This document shows positions 41,072-52,900 of a stretch of DNA of 64,000 nt, piece by piece. Each line of letters begins with the position of its first letter. Within the stretch, counting starts at the first letter, position 1. Source of the stretch: Lingula anatina (lineage: Eukaryota; Animalia; Brachiopoda); assembly GCA_051362555.1 (NCBI GenBank), contig CM120640.1, positions 10,602,001-10,666,000 on the forward strand. The letters are read 5' to 3'. Both the position numbers and the translations under genes were made by a program. A model generated the notes under the pieces. The model was not told where the DNA came from, ran no database searches, and saw only the letters and a list, made by a program, of their open reading frames with translations.

Positions 41072-41742
41072 TCATGCAGAATTGGATGTAATGTTTTCTT
41101 TCACATTCTCTGAATGCAGCTGTGCATTCTTGGCTGCTCCCTTAAATGCTTGGTGCAACAGTCTTTGTTTACCTCTCCTAAAAAATAAAATAATGTAAAA
41201 ATAAACAACCATAAAGTTAATCAAAATTTTCATCAAACTTCCTTTATAACAGAAACAAATTTTCTAATGCAGGAAGCAGATTCTTCTCTTCAGCATGGTG
41301 AAGTAAAGCTAAATAAATACTATTTTTATGAAGAGACCTGATAGGTCTGTCAAGGCACATTTTCAAAAATTTGCTAAGTTGTTGAGTGTGTAACTAGCAT
41401 CCTGATTATAGTAAGTGGCAATTTTTGGTCTCTATCACTCCTATACTAGTAAATAAACATCTAGCAATTTTAAAGTGGAATTTAATTTTAAGTAGAAGTT
41501 GCTACAAGAAAAAAAGTTGTTAAAAACTGTCAACATCAAATCATTTTGTACAACTCTATGAAACTGCAACGTCAGATTCGTGGTCAATGCAAATGCACTC
41601 ACCCCTTCATTTCCATTAACTTTTGCGTGCAGGGTGAAACTAAGTTGTCCGTTGGACTAAAAAGCTGTTGCCGTAAAATGTTGTTTTTCATTTCTTTTGC
41701 CACCTCAGGACTTTTCATTGTGTTTTGACCTCTGTCTGCCAT
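41072..41742 (-). CDS. Spo12-family-like small protein, 81 aa; coding exons 41742-41603 and 41177-41072, with a probable non-coding exon 1 ending at 43550
   Basis: MADRGQNTMKSPEVAKEMKNNILRQQLFSPTDNLVSPCTQKLMEMKGRGKQRLLHQAFKGAAKNAQLHSENVKENITSNSA*. SPTDxxxSPCxxKL is the Spo12 signature. The ATG directly follows an acceptor (ttttttAG|ATG), the donor is gg|GTGAGT, and an upstream donor aag|GTGAGT lies at 43549. Confidence 0.8.
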
Positions 41743-41885
41743 CTAAAAAATCCATTCAATATATGTGAACCATTATCAATGGCAATAATTTATACCAAGT
41801 ATAATGTGCGAGAGTTATTAATTTTGGACCAATGTGTAGCCAAGATATATTAACAGCCTTTTATACTGCATACAGTGGACAATAA

Positions 41886-43061
41886 GGCTTCGTTCACATG
41901 CAATGTCTATTTTCTAAATTCTATTTTCTATTTGCGGTATGTCTTATGATCACGGTCTGTGGCCTGAATATCCCGCGGCGTAATTACTGGCAGCGTGAGC
42001 CACTTACTATAAGTTACTATAAGTAACTGGCTCGCGCTGCCAGTAATTACGCGGCGGGATATTCAGGGCACAGACCGTGATCATAAGATAGCGCAAATAG
42101 AAAATAGAAATTAGAAAATAGACATTGCATGTGAACGAATATGGGCGGCGGTTTATACAAAAATGCAAAACACGATTAGTCATCATCGTTATCAGATCAG
42201 AAGGCAAAATACGACTAGTAGTCGTCAAAACGCAACTAGTCATCATCAAAACGCAACTAGTCATCATCAAAACGCAACTAGTCATCATCAAAACGCAACT
42301 TGTCATCAAAACGCGATTTGACGCCAGATGGCGCCCATTGTACGAAAATCTAGGCCAAGTCACATGATCCACAGTGATCAAAATGGCGGACGTTATTGAA
42401 GCAGCATTATCATATTCCTCGCTCGAACTCGAGAATTATCTCGAGTTCGAGATATTATTATATATATAATATCATTATTAGATTGTACGCGTAGAGATAA
42501 TTCTCGAAATAATAAATAATTAAATAATTTATTAAATAATTTGGACATGTTATAAATTAAAAAAAAAACAAAAACACACACTTGTGAAGCACTGCTTTAT
42601 TGTTGTACTCATTTCACAAGTTCCAGATATTATTATATATATAATATCATTATTAGATTGTACGCGTAGAGATAATTCTCGAGTTCGAGCGAGGAATATG
42701 ATAATGCTGCTTCAATAACGTCCGCCATTTTGATCACTGTGGATCATGTGACTTGGCCTAGATTTTCGTACAATGGGCGCCATCTGGCGTCAAATCGCGT
42801 TTTGATGATGACTAGTTGCGTTTTGATGATGACTAGTTGCGTTTTGATGATGACAAGTTGCGTTTTGATGATGACTAGTTGCGTTTTGATGACTAGTTGC
42901 GTTTTGATGACTAGTTGCGTTTTGACGACTACTAGTCGTATTTTGCCTTCTGATCTGATAACGACGACGACAAATCGTGTTTTCATTTCGACTGATCTGA
43001 TAACGATGACGACTAATCGTGTTTTGCATTTTTGTATAAACCGCCGCCCATAAACGAAGCC
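41886..43061. mobile_element. PIF/Harbinger-like non-autonomous foldback element made of two long palindromes
   Basis: Termini GGCTTCGTT..AACGAAGCC are flanked by TAA on both sides. Hairpin 1 is 41889-42005 vs 42023-42139, hairpin 2 is ~42140-42442 vs ~42668-43052, and the arms carry 18-21-bp tandem units (ACTAGTCATCATCAAAACGCA). Confidence 0.8.
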
Positions 43062-43259
43062 TAAATACGTGTAGTTGTAATTGACTTATCCCTTGACTGG
43101 TGCTTTAAACAATAGGATGTTTCCCTTACAATGCAGTGTAAAATACAGACGAGCAAGTAAGAGAAATACAAGTCCAATTTTCTTATTGTGAAAGGGCCGG
43201 GAGTTTGATGAAGCCTATCTTTTATACTTCAGCTGGTGCTAATACAAACCAGCCTGTAC

Positions 43260-43262
<3 letters not shown>

Positions 43263-43325
<63 letters not shown>
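43263..43325. repeat. (TA)n microsatellite
   Basis: Directly visible. Confidence 0.95.
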
Positions 43326-43327
<2 letters not shown>

Positions 43328-43549
43328 CTCTGATATGTGAGAAACAGTGCACTCTAGGACTAACAAGCATCCAAAACACTCAAAAACGTGCCGAATGTAA
43401 TGATTTGAATCCATGTTACCAGTACATATATTGCAGCATATGATGTATCAAGGAGTTGTATGATACTAGTACAAGAACAGTAAAGTATATTTAGCAGAAT
43501 GACCGTCGTTTCCAAAGCAAAAATTATAATACATTTAAGTGTCACTCAC

Positions 43550-43951
43550 CTTTCAGTATGGTTATCGTTTGCTGTTAAAATCAAGAAGAGTTGCAATTGA
43601 AGTCCCTATTTACAAACTGGGATTTAAATTAACCGCTGCCGTATGTCACTTCCGTTACATAAAAAGAAGTCTTTCCGCAAAAAGTAGTTTTACTAAATTT
43701 CTAATAAAACAATTATTAACCGTGTTGTTTATAAGTAATCGGCACAGTTTGATATAATAATATTTCATTTTCATAAATATGGGATAATTTTTAGATTGGA
43801 AAGCTGTTATTTGTGATAACGTAGTAATATTAGAAAATAGCGCCGAAAGGATTTACCTTTGACCTCGTCTTGACCACAAAAACATGGCAGCATGACATTT
43901 CGCGGGAAATTGTCACCGAAATGAAGCAACTTATCGGCGGATTTACCGCTT
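43550..43951. promoter_or_regulatory. Bidirectional promoter region between the Spo12-like gene (-) and RFESD (+)
   Basis: Head-to-head first exons within ~400 bp, an ETS-like CACTTCCG (~43647) and a YY1-like AACATGGC (43881). Confidence 0.55.
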
Positions 43952-44924
43952 ATGTCAAGCAACGGGGACAAGATATTTTTTCCAGTTAAAGGTGTTAATT
44001 TTTATGGTAAGTTTATTTTAACTGGATCAATTTGATTTGTGATGAAAAAGGTTTGATTGCATGACGGTGCTTTGAATTAATAATAGCCGCACTGTGTAGT
44101 AGTTACTGCAGTATTGTACGGCTCACTGTGGAAAAGTGCTAGTTTAGAAAAGTGCTAGTTTAGAAAACTGACTTATGTTACTCCATCACTGAACTCTTGT
44201 GATAGTTAGCTCTAATTTTGTTCATAGAACTCTTTGATTGGTCCAATGCAGAAGAACGATGTAAGCTAACTGCAACAGATGCACGAAAACTGAGAAGACA
44301 GAGCAGCCAGTCGGGAGTGCGAGTGGAAGTCAACGAAACAAAAATTGCGTTGTTTCGTTATGGAGATCAGTTACATGCAGTAAATGAAAAGTGTCCCCAT
44401 GCAGGTATGGGGGTGTCAAGGTTATTTGCATTACTAGAAAAAGTCAAGTATTTCACATGTACTGTAAATGTAATTCTAGCGGACACTGTGAAAAAGGCCT
44501 CCAAAAGTACAGTAGGTTGAATACTCATTGGAAATTTTGGTCAGACATGACAAATTTAACATCTTAGATCATTAATTTTTGTAAAAGCTGTTTTTCAAAA
44601 AATAACATCAGTAATTACACATGTACATTTTAAAGAGGAAATGCAGTATTTGTAACTCATTAGATATTTTATTTCCACTTTTTTATTTAATGTGTAGGAG
44701 GCCCACTCCACATTGGAGATATTGAAGAGCTGCCAGACTTCTCTGTATGTGTACGTTGTCCATGGCATGGATGGAAGTTTGATTTAAAGACTGGGCGTTG
44801 TAAACACCCCTCTGGTGAACAAAGATGTGCGATAGTATATGCAGTTAGGGTAGATACACAAGGAAACATTGAAATTGGCTTTGAGAGTTTTAGTGGCAAA
44901 TATTTTAACAGTGAAGATTTTTAA
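43952..44924 (+). CDS. RFESD: Rieske [2Fe-2S] domain-containing protein, 152 aa; exons 43952-44006, 44228-44404, 44698-44924
   Basis: Rieske ligands CPHAGGPL and CPWHGWKFDLKTG, plus LHIGDIEEL as in metazoan RFESD. Phase-1 introns join in frame. Confidence 0.88.
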
Positions 44925-46497
44925 TGACATACGAGTTTTATCTGATACAAGACTTTTTTGCTCTCATACATGTAGTGTTGCATGTATGCAGGATTAATAT
45001 ACAAACAGTAAAGGGAGAGAGGGAGAATGATACGAAGCATCTGATGGACACTGCACAGATGTGGCTGGAGTGTAAAATGATGCCATGTTCAAAGTGCAAA
45101 AAAGTAACAAATACCTCTCTTAATTGATTTTTATCTTTATCTTCCTTGAAAGAATTGGAACTCAGGTTAATAATACATATGAAGACAGGCACAATGAATT
45201 AAAGACAAATGCAGGGTACATTTGTAATCAAGCTTAACAAACTTGATACTGTTGTGATATTAAAAGTTGCTCAGAATTGATGATAAACAGGCTTTTTAGT
45301 TTAAAAAGTAGTTAAGAGTGCCTTGTAATAGTTATATGGTTTACTTGCTGTGCTTTTTATTTAATTTTTTAATATTTATTTTTTGCTTTTAAGTGAATAG
45401 CACTGTGTAAGCTTTTCATGATATTAATACTGGTTTACGATGTTCATTCACATGCACTTGTTTTTACATATTTTTTATACTGAGACTGAAACAATTTTTG
45501 GAAGTCTTAAAAACATTTTAATCAGTATTTACAGTTTCAAACCTCAAATTGTATATACCTGTTTTACTTTATGCATTGGGAATAATACTGTTCACAGCGT
45601 AATGTGTTCTTTCAAGGGATAACAACTCTTCATATGGGATTCAAAATTCCTCAATGAATGCATTGTAAACAACACATAGCAGTATAATAAGTTTCAATAC
45701 AACCAAAATGGTGGTTATTGCAGTTGTCCTGAAATCTGTGCTTGCCATCGGACCACAAACCTTATCTTTAGAGATTATTACAAAAACTACACAAAAAAAA
45801 CAAACAATAGATTCACTGAATGTTGGAACGGATTCATTAACCATGGGGAGGTATAGGAAAATTGTCATATACCCCAGGAAAATCCATTTTATGGCACATT
45901 TTCCTGTCAAAGTGAAGAGTTGTCATCATGTCCAAGAACCTTTTATTCACATAATTTCTGAAATATTTCTCCAACATTCTCATATTATTGCAGGATTACC
46001 TACACATTTAAACTACTTTCAATTTAAAATGGTACCAAATATTGTTTTTATTATTGTGCTGTAAAAATGTTTTATTTACCAAAGTCCTTTTTGTTTTATA
46101 TTTAACAGTAATATAAAATTTGAGTTGTTTATTTATAGTAAATCACTAACTTAAAGTTATTTATTTTATAAACATCATGTTTCTAGTGCATATTTTAAAA
46201 GAAGTCCAATCAAACTGAAAAAAAAAAATTGTCCAAACTCTATATCATATTATACTAGTAGTTTGATATCTTGCCTATAAGTGTTGGTTTACAAATGATA
46301 TTTGTATATTTTAGCATTCACAATGATTGTTGCAAAAAAAAAAAAATAAAATAAAATTCACTACATTTTATTAATTTTTGGAAAATACCAAATGTGTTTA
46401 TCAACTCCGTTCACAGTTTCATTTTATTTTTCTGGTAATGAAATGGTCACAGAGACGCAGTTAAAACAAGGTAAATAACAAATGAGGATTAATTTTT

Positions 46498-49400
46498 ATG
46501 TACAGACACAGATGTGTCTGTACATATTGCCATCACCTGCGTCTGTCGTCGCCGTCGCCGTCGCCGATCATGTCGCCGTGCACTTTCAGCGTTAACACCA
46601 TAAGTGGAAGACAGTTTTACTTTTTGGCTTTATATTTACAGAGCTGATGAATATTCATAAAACGCAGGTCAAGTTCGAAAATCAGCATGATCGGGCCATT
46701 ATTGTAGAATTTATGCTGTTTTTATGTACAGACACAGATGTGTCTGTACATATAGCCATCATCTGCGTCTGTCGTCGCCGTCGCCGTCGTCGCTGTCGTC
46801 GCCGTCGTCGTCGCCGTCGCCGTCGCCGTGCACTTTTACCGATAACACGATAAGTGGAAAACCATTTTGCTTTTTGATTTGAAACTTGCAGAACTGATGA
46901 ATATTCATAATACGCAGGTCAAGTTCGAAAATCAGCATGATCGGGTCACTCTTAGGGAATTTATGCTGTTTTTTCACTTTTTTCAACATATATGCAGCAC
47001 CGATAACACGATAAGTGGAAAACCATTGTACCTTTTGACTTGAAACTTACAGAACTGATGAATATTCATAATATGCAGGTCAAGTTCGAAAATCGGCATG
47101 ATTGGGCCATTTTTAGGGAATTTATGCTGTTTTTTCACTTTTTCAGCATATATGCAGCACCGATAACACAGTAAGTGGAAAACCATTTTACCTTTTGGCT
47201 TGAAACTTACAGAACTGATGAAAATTCTTAATACGCAGGTCAAGTTCGAAAATCAGCATGATTGGGCCATTTTTAGGGAATTTATGCTGTTTTTTCACTT
47301 TTCAATATAAATGCAACACTGATAACACAATATAAGAAAAACGGATTGGCCAATTGGCATTATATTCACAGGAGTGGTCAATCTTACTAAAATGCAGGTT
47401 GAGTTCGAAAATCAGCATAATCGGGCCATTATTTTAGAAGTTATACTGTTTTTTCACATTTCCTCAGATTCAATTATTAGGCATGTTAACAGTCTCATTA
47501 TTGAACTAATTAGATGCGTAAAAGTGTTTGTTTGATATTTCCTGCATCTTTACAACATTGTTAGTTGATTATGTAAAAAAACATGGTAAACTTGTTATCA
47601 TGTATTGTGTAATAAAGTGTCAAAAATGGAAATAAACTCATATCATTGCAGTTTGTCAGATTCAATCATCCACTATGTTCAGAATCTCAGAATGGAGGAA
47701 ATTGGACATTTAACACTGTTCTATTGATACTTTTCCCATCTCATCAATTTTCTTAGTTGGTCATATAAAAATGGCAGTAAAATGTTTATTTTGTTTTATG
47801 TTAAAAAAGTGTTAAAAATGGAAATAAACCCATTTCAGGACAGTGCTGTCTTGTTTACATTTTGGCATTTTCAAGATGTGACTTTGAAGTTCCATGGGCC
47901 TGAAGACCTTTGCTTGTCATGTTTTCTGAATGTCCATGTTACTAATATTTTATTAATAACATTTGATGGTTATTATGCTGTTAAACATTATGTAACATTG
48001 CATCAAAATTTGAAGAAACCCCTATTTAGGGCACTGCTCCTATGATGACCATTTAAGGGAAAACATGTCACTTACTGTTCTCAAACTTACAAGAAAGAAA
48101 CATGGGTCTAACATACAGCCTCAGTAGGCAATGCAGTCTGTTTGGTAAATTTTTCTGGCAATTTAACAGTTTTTTGTGAAAATTTAATTTTTCACTTATT
48201 GACATTTTCAAGGTGCGACTTAGAACCTCCACGGGCTTGAAGACCCTTGCTAGTCACATTTTCTGAAAATCCATGACACGTATATTTTATCATTTAAAAT
48301 TGATGGTCATTATGCTGTTAAGCATTATGTAATGTTGCATCAAAATAGAAGAAAACACAATATTTGGTGCTGCTGCCATGATGACCATTATGGGAAAACG
48401 GTGTTACTTATTACTGTCAAACTTTCAAAAAAGAAACACAGGACTAAAATGCAGCCCGAGTTGGAAAAGCAGTCTAATTGGCTTCTTTTTCTGGAAGTTA
48501 TACACTTAGTGAAATATTCATTATCTTTTTGGCATATTCATTGTGGGACTCAGAGCTCCCATGGACATGAAGCCTAATGGTAATCAAATTTTCTACATGT
48601 CCATGCTATTTATAGTCAATAATCAAAAATTGGTGATAATTATTCTATAATTTATTATGTAATGTTACATCAAAATTGACAATAATCTTTTTGCACTGCT
48701 ACTGCAAACATTATGAAAAGAAAACTGTTACTTATTATTATATTTAACTTATAAGTACGATTTTTAGGATTGGCATGCAGTTCAAATTAGAAAGCCAGGT
48801 CAATTGGGTCATCATTTTTATTAAATTTATGCATTTTTTGTGAAATTTTCATTTTTCTCATTCTGGCACTTTCTAATTGAAAACTTGAACTCTGATGGGC
48901 CTGGAGCCTTATGCTTTTACTTTCATCAGCGTTACCTGTTGTGCATAATTAAAATTTTATGTTGACTGTGCAGTTAAACATAATGTATTATTGCATCAGA
49001 ATTGGGCAGTCTCCTGTTTTTGTGCATTATTGTTTTCTGCTTTTCTTAAGGTGTGACTTATGGGCCTGAAGACCTTTGATAGACAAATTTGTGTGGTCAG
49101 TCTGTTAATTCCCCTTGGGTATTCACAAGGCTAATTTCAGTGCTTTAAACTCATTTACCTAATTAAGTAGCCATTAATTGAAATTTCATAAAGCACACTT
49201 GTTGATATTTCCCTGTTAAGCTCTCTGCTAGATAACATAGTGTCCATAATAAGGAAGCAGTGAATAACAGCTTCCTTAGAATTATATTTTTGTTGTTTCT
49301 ATTTAATTTTTTTCTCCAACACTGGCATTTTTAAGATGTAATTTTTAACTCCCATCCACCTGAGGCTGTGCACATTTTCAGTATTTCCACATAAGCAGCT

Positions 49401-49843
49401 GTATTGGTATTTATGTCTTTAAACATGATGTAATATTATTTTATGCACTGTCATCATTTTTCATATATAGGGACTTTCATCATGTGAATTTTAACTCTCA
49501 TGGTCCTGACATTGTAATCTTATTGAAAGGGTGGATTAAGACCATCTTCTGGGTCTCCTGGAAGACAGTCAGATTTTACAGTTTATATTAACGGGTTTCT
49601 GTTGGAAGACTATCAAAATGGAGGATGGATCAACAAAGATACTTTGGAATACTGTCAGAAAATATCTCTGAATCTGCTCCTGTTATTGACCATGTTACCT
49701 ATTGTGCATGATTAAAAATCAGTGTTGACTGACTGTGCTATTATAAGCATTTATTATTGCATCAAAATTGACATAATGACCTATTTTGCATCTTTTTTTT
49801 TTCTGTTTTTTGTCTGTACATTTGACAGCTTTGCTGCCTTGTT
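46498..49843 (+). mobile_element. Helentron-associated interspersed element (HINE / DINE-1 / pearl-like), with a second 5' end at ~46723
   Basis: 5' palindrome ATGTACAGACACAGATGTGTCTGTACAT, (GTC/GCC)n microsatellite, ~160-bp central tandem repeats (46841, 47003, 47162, 47320), and a 3' subTIR GTCTGTACA with a short stem-loop GACAGCTTTGCTGCC ending in TT. The 5' end sits in a T-rich site. Confidence 0.8.
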
Positions 49844-49966
49844 ATAAATAGGCAATTCAACCTCGAGCAGAATGCTGGTACAATTTGCCTTGGAATGTTC
49901 TGTGAAGCAAATGGTTATGCAAATCCAAGTCAATAAATAACACGACGAGAAAACAAAGCACTTTAA

Positions 49967-52900
49967 CTAGTTGTCATCAAGAAACATTTCTCCTAAAACT
50001 GACAATCTGGCATGGAAAGGTCTAGCTGGACATGTGAGTAATTCCTGTTTATGTCTTTTAGATTTTGAAAAATAATTTGCACAAGTTATATTTAACTCTG
50101 TTTTAATTTCTTGAAAAAGACCCTGCACAATATTTTTCAAAGCAGAGTTGAACTGTTCTTGGTTATCACTTGTTTTAATAGCTGTATCACCCTTGGCATT
50201 AACAGCACCATTTGGCGGTAAAAGTTGAGGTTGACTAGAAGTTTTTTGAGGTTGCTGAATTGTCACAGTGCTGTCACTCTCTCCCTTTTTTTGAGAAGTG
50301 GCAACAGAAGATTCCGAGTCTCCTGAAGTAGATTTTGTCTTTGTAAGATCTAATTTATTTTTCTCAGGGTAAGTGCTGGCACTCTGTGTGTCAATTTTTT
50401 CAGTATTAGATGTTGATTCAAATTGTGTATTACTGTTCCTGTCATTTGTCAATGAGTTGGCATTTTCCAATACTGCACTGTGTGCCTGCTGAGCATGGGA
50501 TGTAATACTATTTTCAGCTTTGATATCTGTGTTGCCTGGTGGTATCTCTGTGCCGGTATTCATTTCATGTAATAGTGAATCCTGTGAACTTGAAGCAGTT
50601 ATCTCACTCCCTAGAATCTCCTCGGGTTTTTTAGGACCATTCATTTTTTCCAATATTTTCTTAAATGCTTCAACAGTCTGCTGCATCAAATCAGATTCTT
50701 TTTGCTGTAAGCTTTTAAAATTACCAACATGTTTCTCTTGTGAAGAGGGCATTTGTTCTGATGGTCGTTTAATGTCTTCTGCAAGTGGATCTTCTCTGTA
50801 CTTATTTTTGCCTTGTTCCACAGTTGTCTTTAATCTAAGCATGTCTGGTTCATTATCAACTAAATCAAGTAAACTCAACAAATTAACATTGTCTTGCATA
50901 TCTTGTACCAGCATATCATCTTGGTGTTTTTCTGCACTACAACAATAGAGGGCAGCAGTGTCCACAGGATGGGCCTCTGTGTTAAAAACATATCCACCAG
51001 CATCAATGATGCACTCTCCACTTGGCGTCTGAATGACTGTGCCATGGCCAGCAGTGTTGTGGATAAAGTTTTCAGGGTCAAAAAGAAGGTAAAGATACTT
51101 GGTTGTTTCTGCTAAGAAGAAGGATTCCATTCTATTCTCCAACATGTGAGTTTTAACATTTTGAACCTGTAATAAATATGTCCAGCTGTGTAATTTTCAT
51201 TGTTAGGTGAATCGAAAGTTGCTGAAAGAAACCTGTTACATTTTCTCCCAAAATAAAAATATGGGTTCTTAATACAGTAAACCAGCTTTGAAGTCATTAA
51301 CACATCTTTAAAACATGGCTGCCAAAAATTCTAAGGAGATAACTGATGGTTTAATATCTGTCAGGAACCTGCACTACAATTAACCAGCTTACTAGTAACA
51401 GAAAATTGTACCTACTGTAGCATAGCCACATCTTGTTTTTGTGCTGTGTTCTATGGATTCTAGTATGTCTACACCAACTTCCAGCAGGTATGGATCCTTT
51501 GTTGCTCTGTACAGGTACATTGTGCTCTCTATCAATTCTGAAATAATTCAGGTTTTATAAATTAAACAAATGAATGTTTATCTGCAGATTTTACTTTTAC
51601 ATGTACACAATATGATATTAAATGAAATGTTAATTTTCAGTTGTATATGGTACTGAATATGAAAATATTGTACTATGTGGTCTTTTGTGAGGTTTCATAT
51701 TTTTATCCTCTAAATCAAGGACAAATTAAAGCCTTGTTTCTAATATCTGTTGTTCATTGTGCAATGACAACTGATTGTTACTGTTATTTTCCAACCTGGT
51801 CTAAGCGGGTACCCCTCTCTTCCTTGGTGAACCTCACTTTTAGCAATATTGTAGAATTCAGGAGTAAAGCCATGTTGTTTCCAAACTTGATGGTAATTAT
51901 GGAGAGTTTTCATGGCTTTGTCAATGTCACCAATTAGGCTCTGAAAAATATAACATGATATATATAAAAATTTTTCTTTTTTTCTTCAAGTGCTAAATAA
52001 CATAAATGAAGGCCTTTGGGTCACCGATGGTCACCACAAACATTACATTTATCAAAAACAATTCTGAAAAAGCCTCTTCGAAAATCCATGCAAAAATTCT
52101 TAATATTTGAACACACATAACTAAATTAAATAAGTAGCAGCAAAAATGATATAATCTTTTATAGGTGAATTTTTCTAAATGTACCTGCAATCCTGGCCAG
52201 AAGGCCTCCAGAGACTGAAAGACAGGAAGAGTGACTTGACCTTTAACCATGTGGACCCACATATACCAATCATCCTGTTTCAGGTGGCTTTCTATAGATT
52301 GTTTAAAACCTGCAAACAGGTCAGATATTGCAATCAATACAAATCAACACATCAATACAAAAAGACACACTAAAATTCAACAGTAGAAACAAAAGATAGA
52401 CTCAATAATCTGAAAATGTATAAATCTGAGTTTGGCTATTGTATGAAGAAGCTTTTTATTGTAAATTTGGGTGCAGAATACAGATGATTTTTTTTGGCAT
52501 GTGTATGTGCTTGTGTGTGTGTGTGTGTGGGGGGGGGGGGGGTACAATACACCATAACAAAAAACCTATAAATCAACTTCATAAAACTCACTGGCAAACA
52601 TCTCCATGAGCTCAGGTTTCTGTAGTAGGATGGCTCCTTTAACCAAGTACTCAAAGTAGGAGTCCACTCCAGCTCCAATACCTGAATCCAGTGCTGTCCA
52701 TTGACCAGTCTGCACATTGATGTGGTTACCAACCTGATAATAACAGCTTCAAGGTTAAGCCACCATACCAACATGTGACACCATTATAAAACATATATTT
52801 GTCTATTTGGAATAAATACAGACTACAATTTCAGGTCTTTTTTCTATGCTAACATGCATTGTACCATTTCTTATTACAGGTAGAATTTCTAATTATATAA

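Noticed and set aside
42007-43053. ORFs with MMTSCVL / IKTQLVI repeats, and the 21-bp repeats as a possible CRISPR-like array
   Set aside because: The units are contiguous tandem repeats with no unique spacers, inside a palindromic element in eukaryotic DNA; the ORFs are mirror images of each other.
46647-47243. Poly-Arg and DGDG ORFs
   Set aside because: These are translations of the HINE GTC/GCC microsatellite and central repeats.
50520-51115. Plus-strand ORFs of 142 and 73 aa
   Set aside because: They are antisense shadows of the long EDEM2 last exon.
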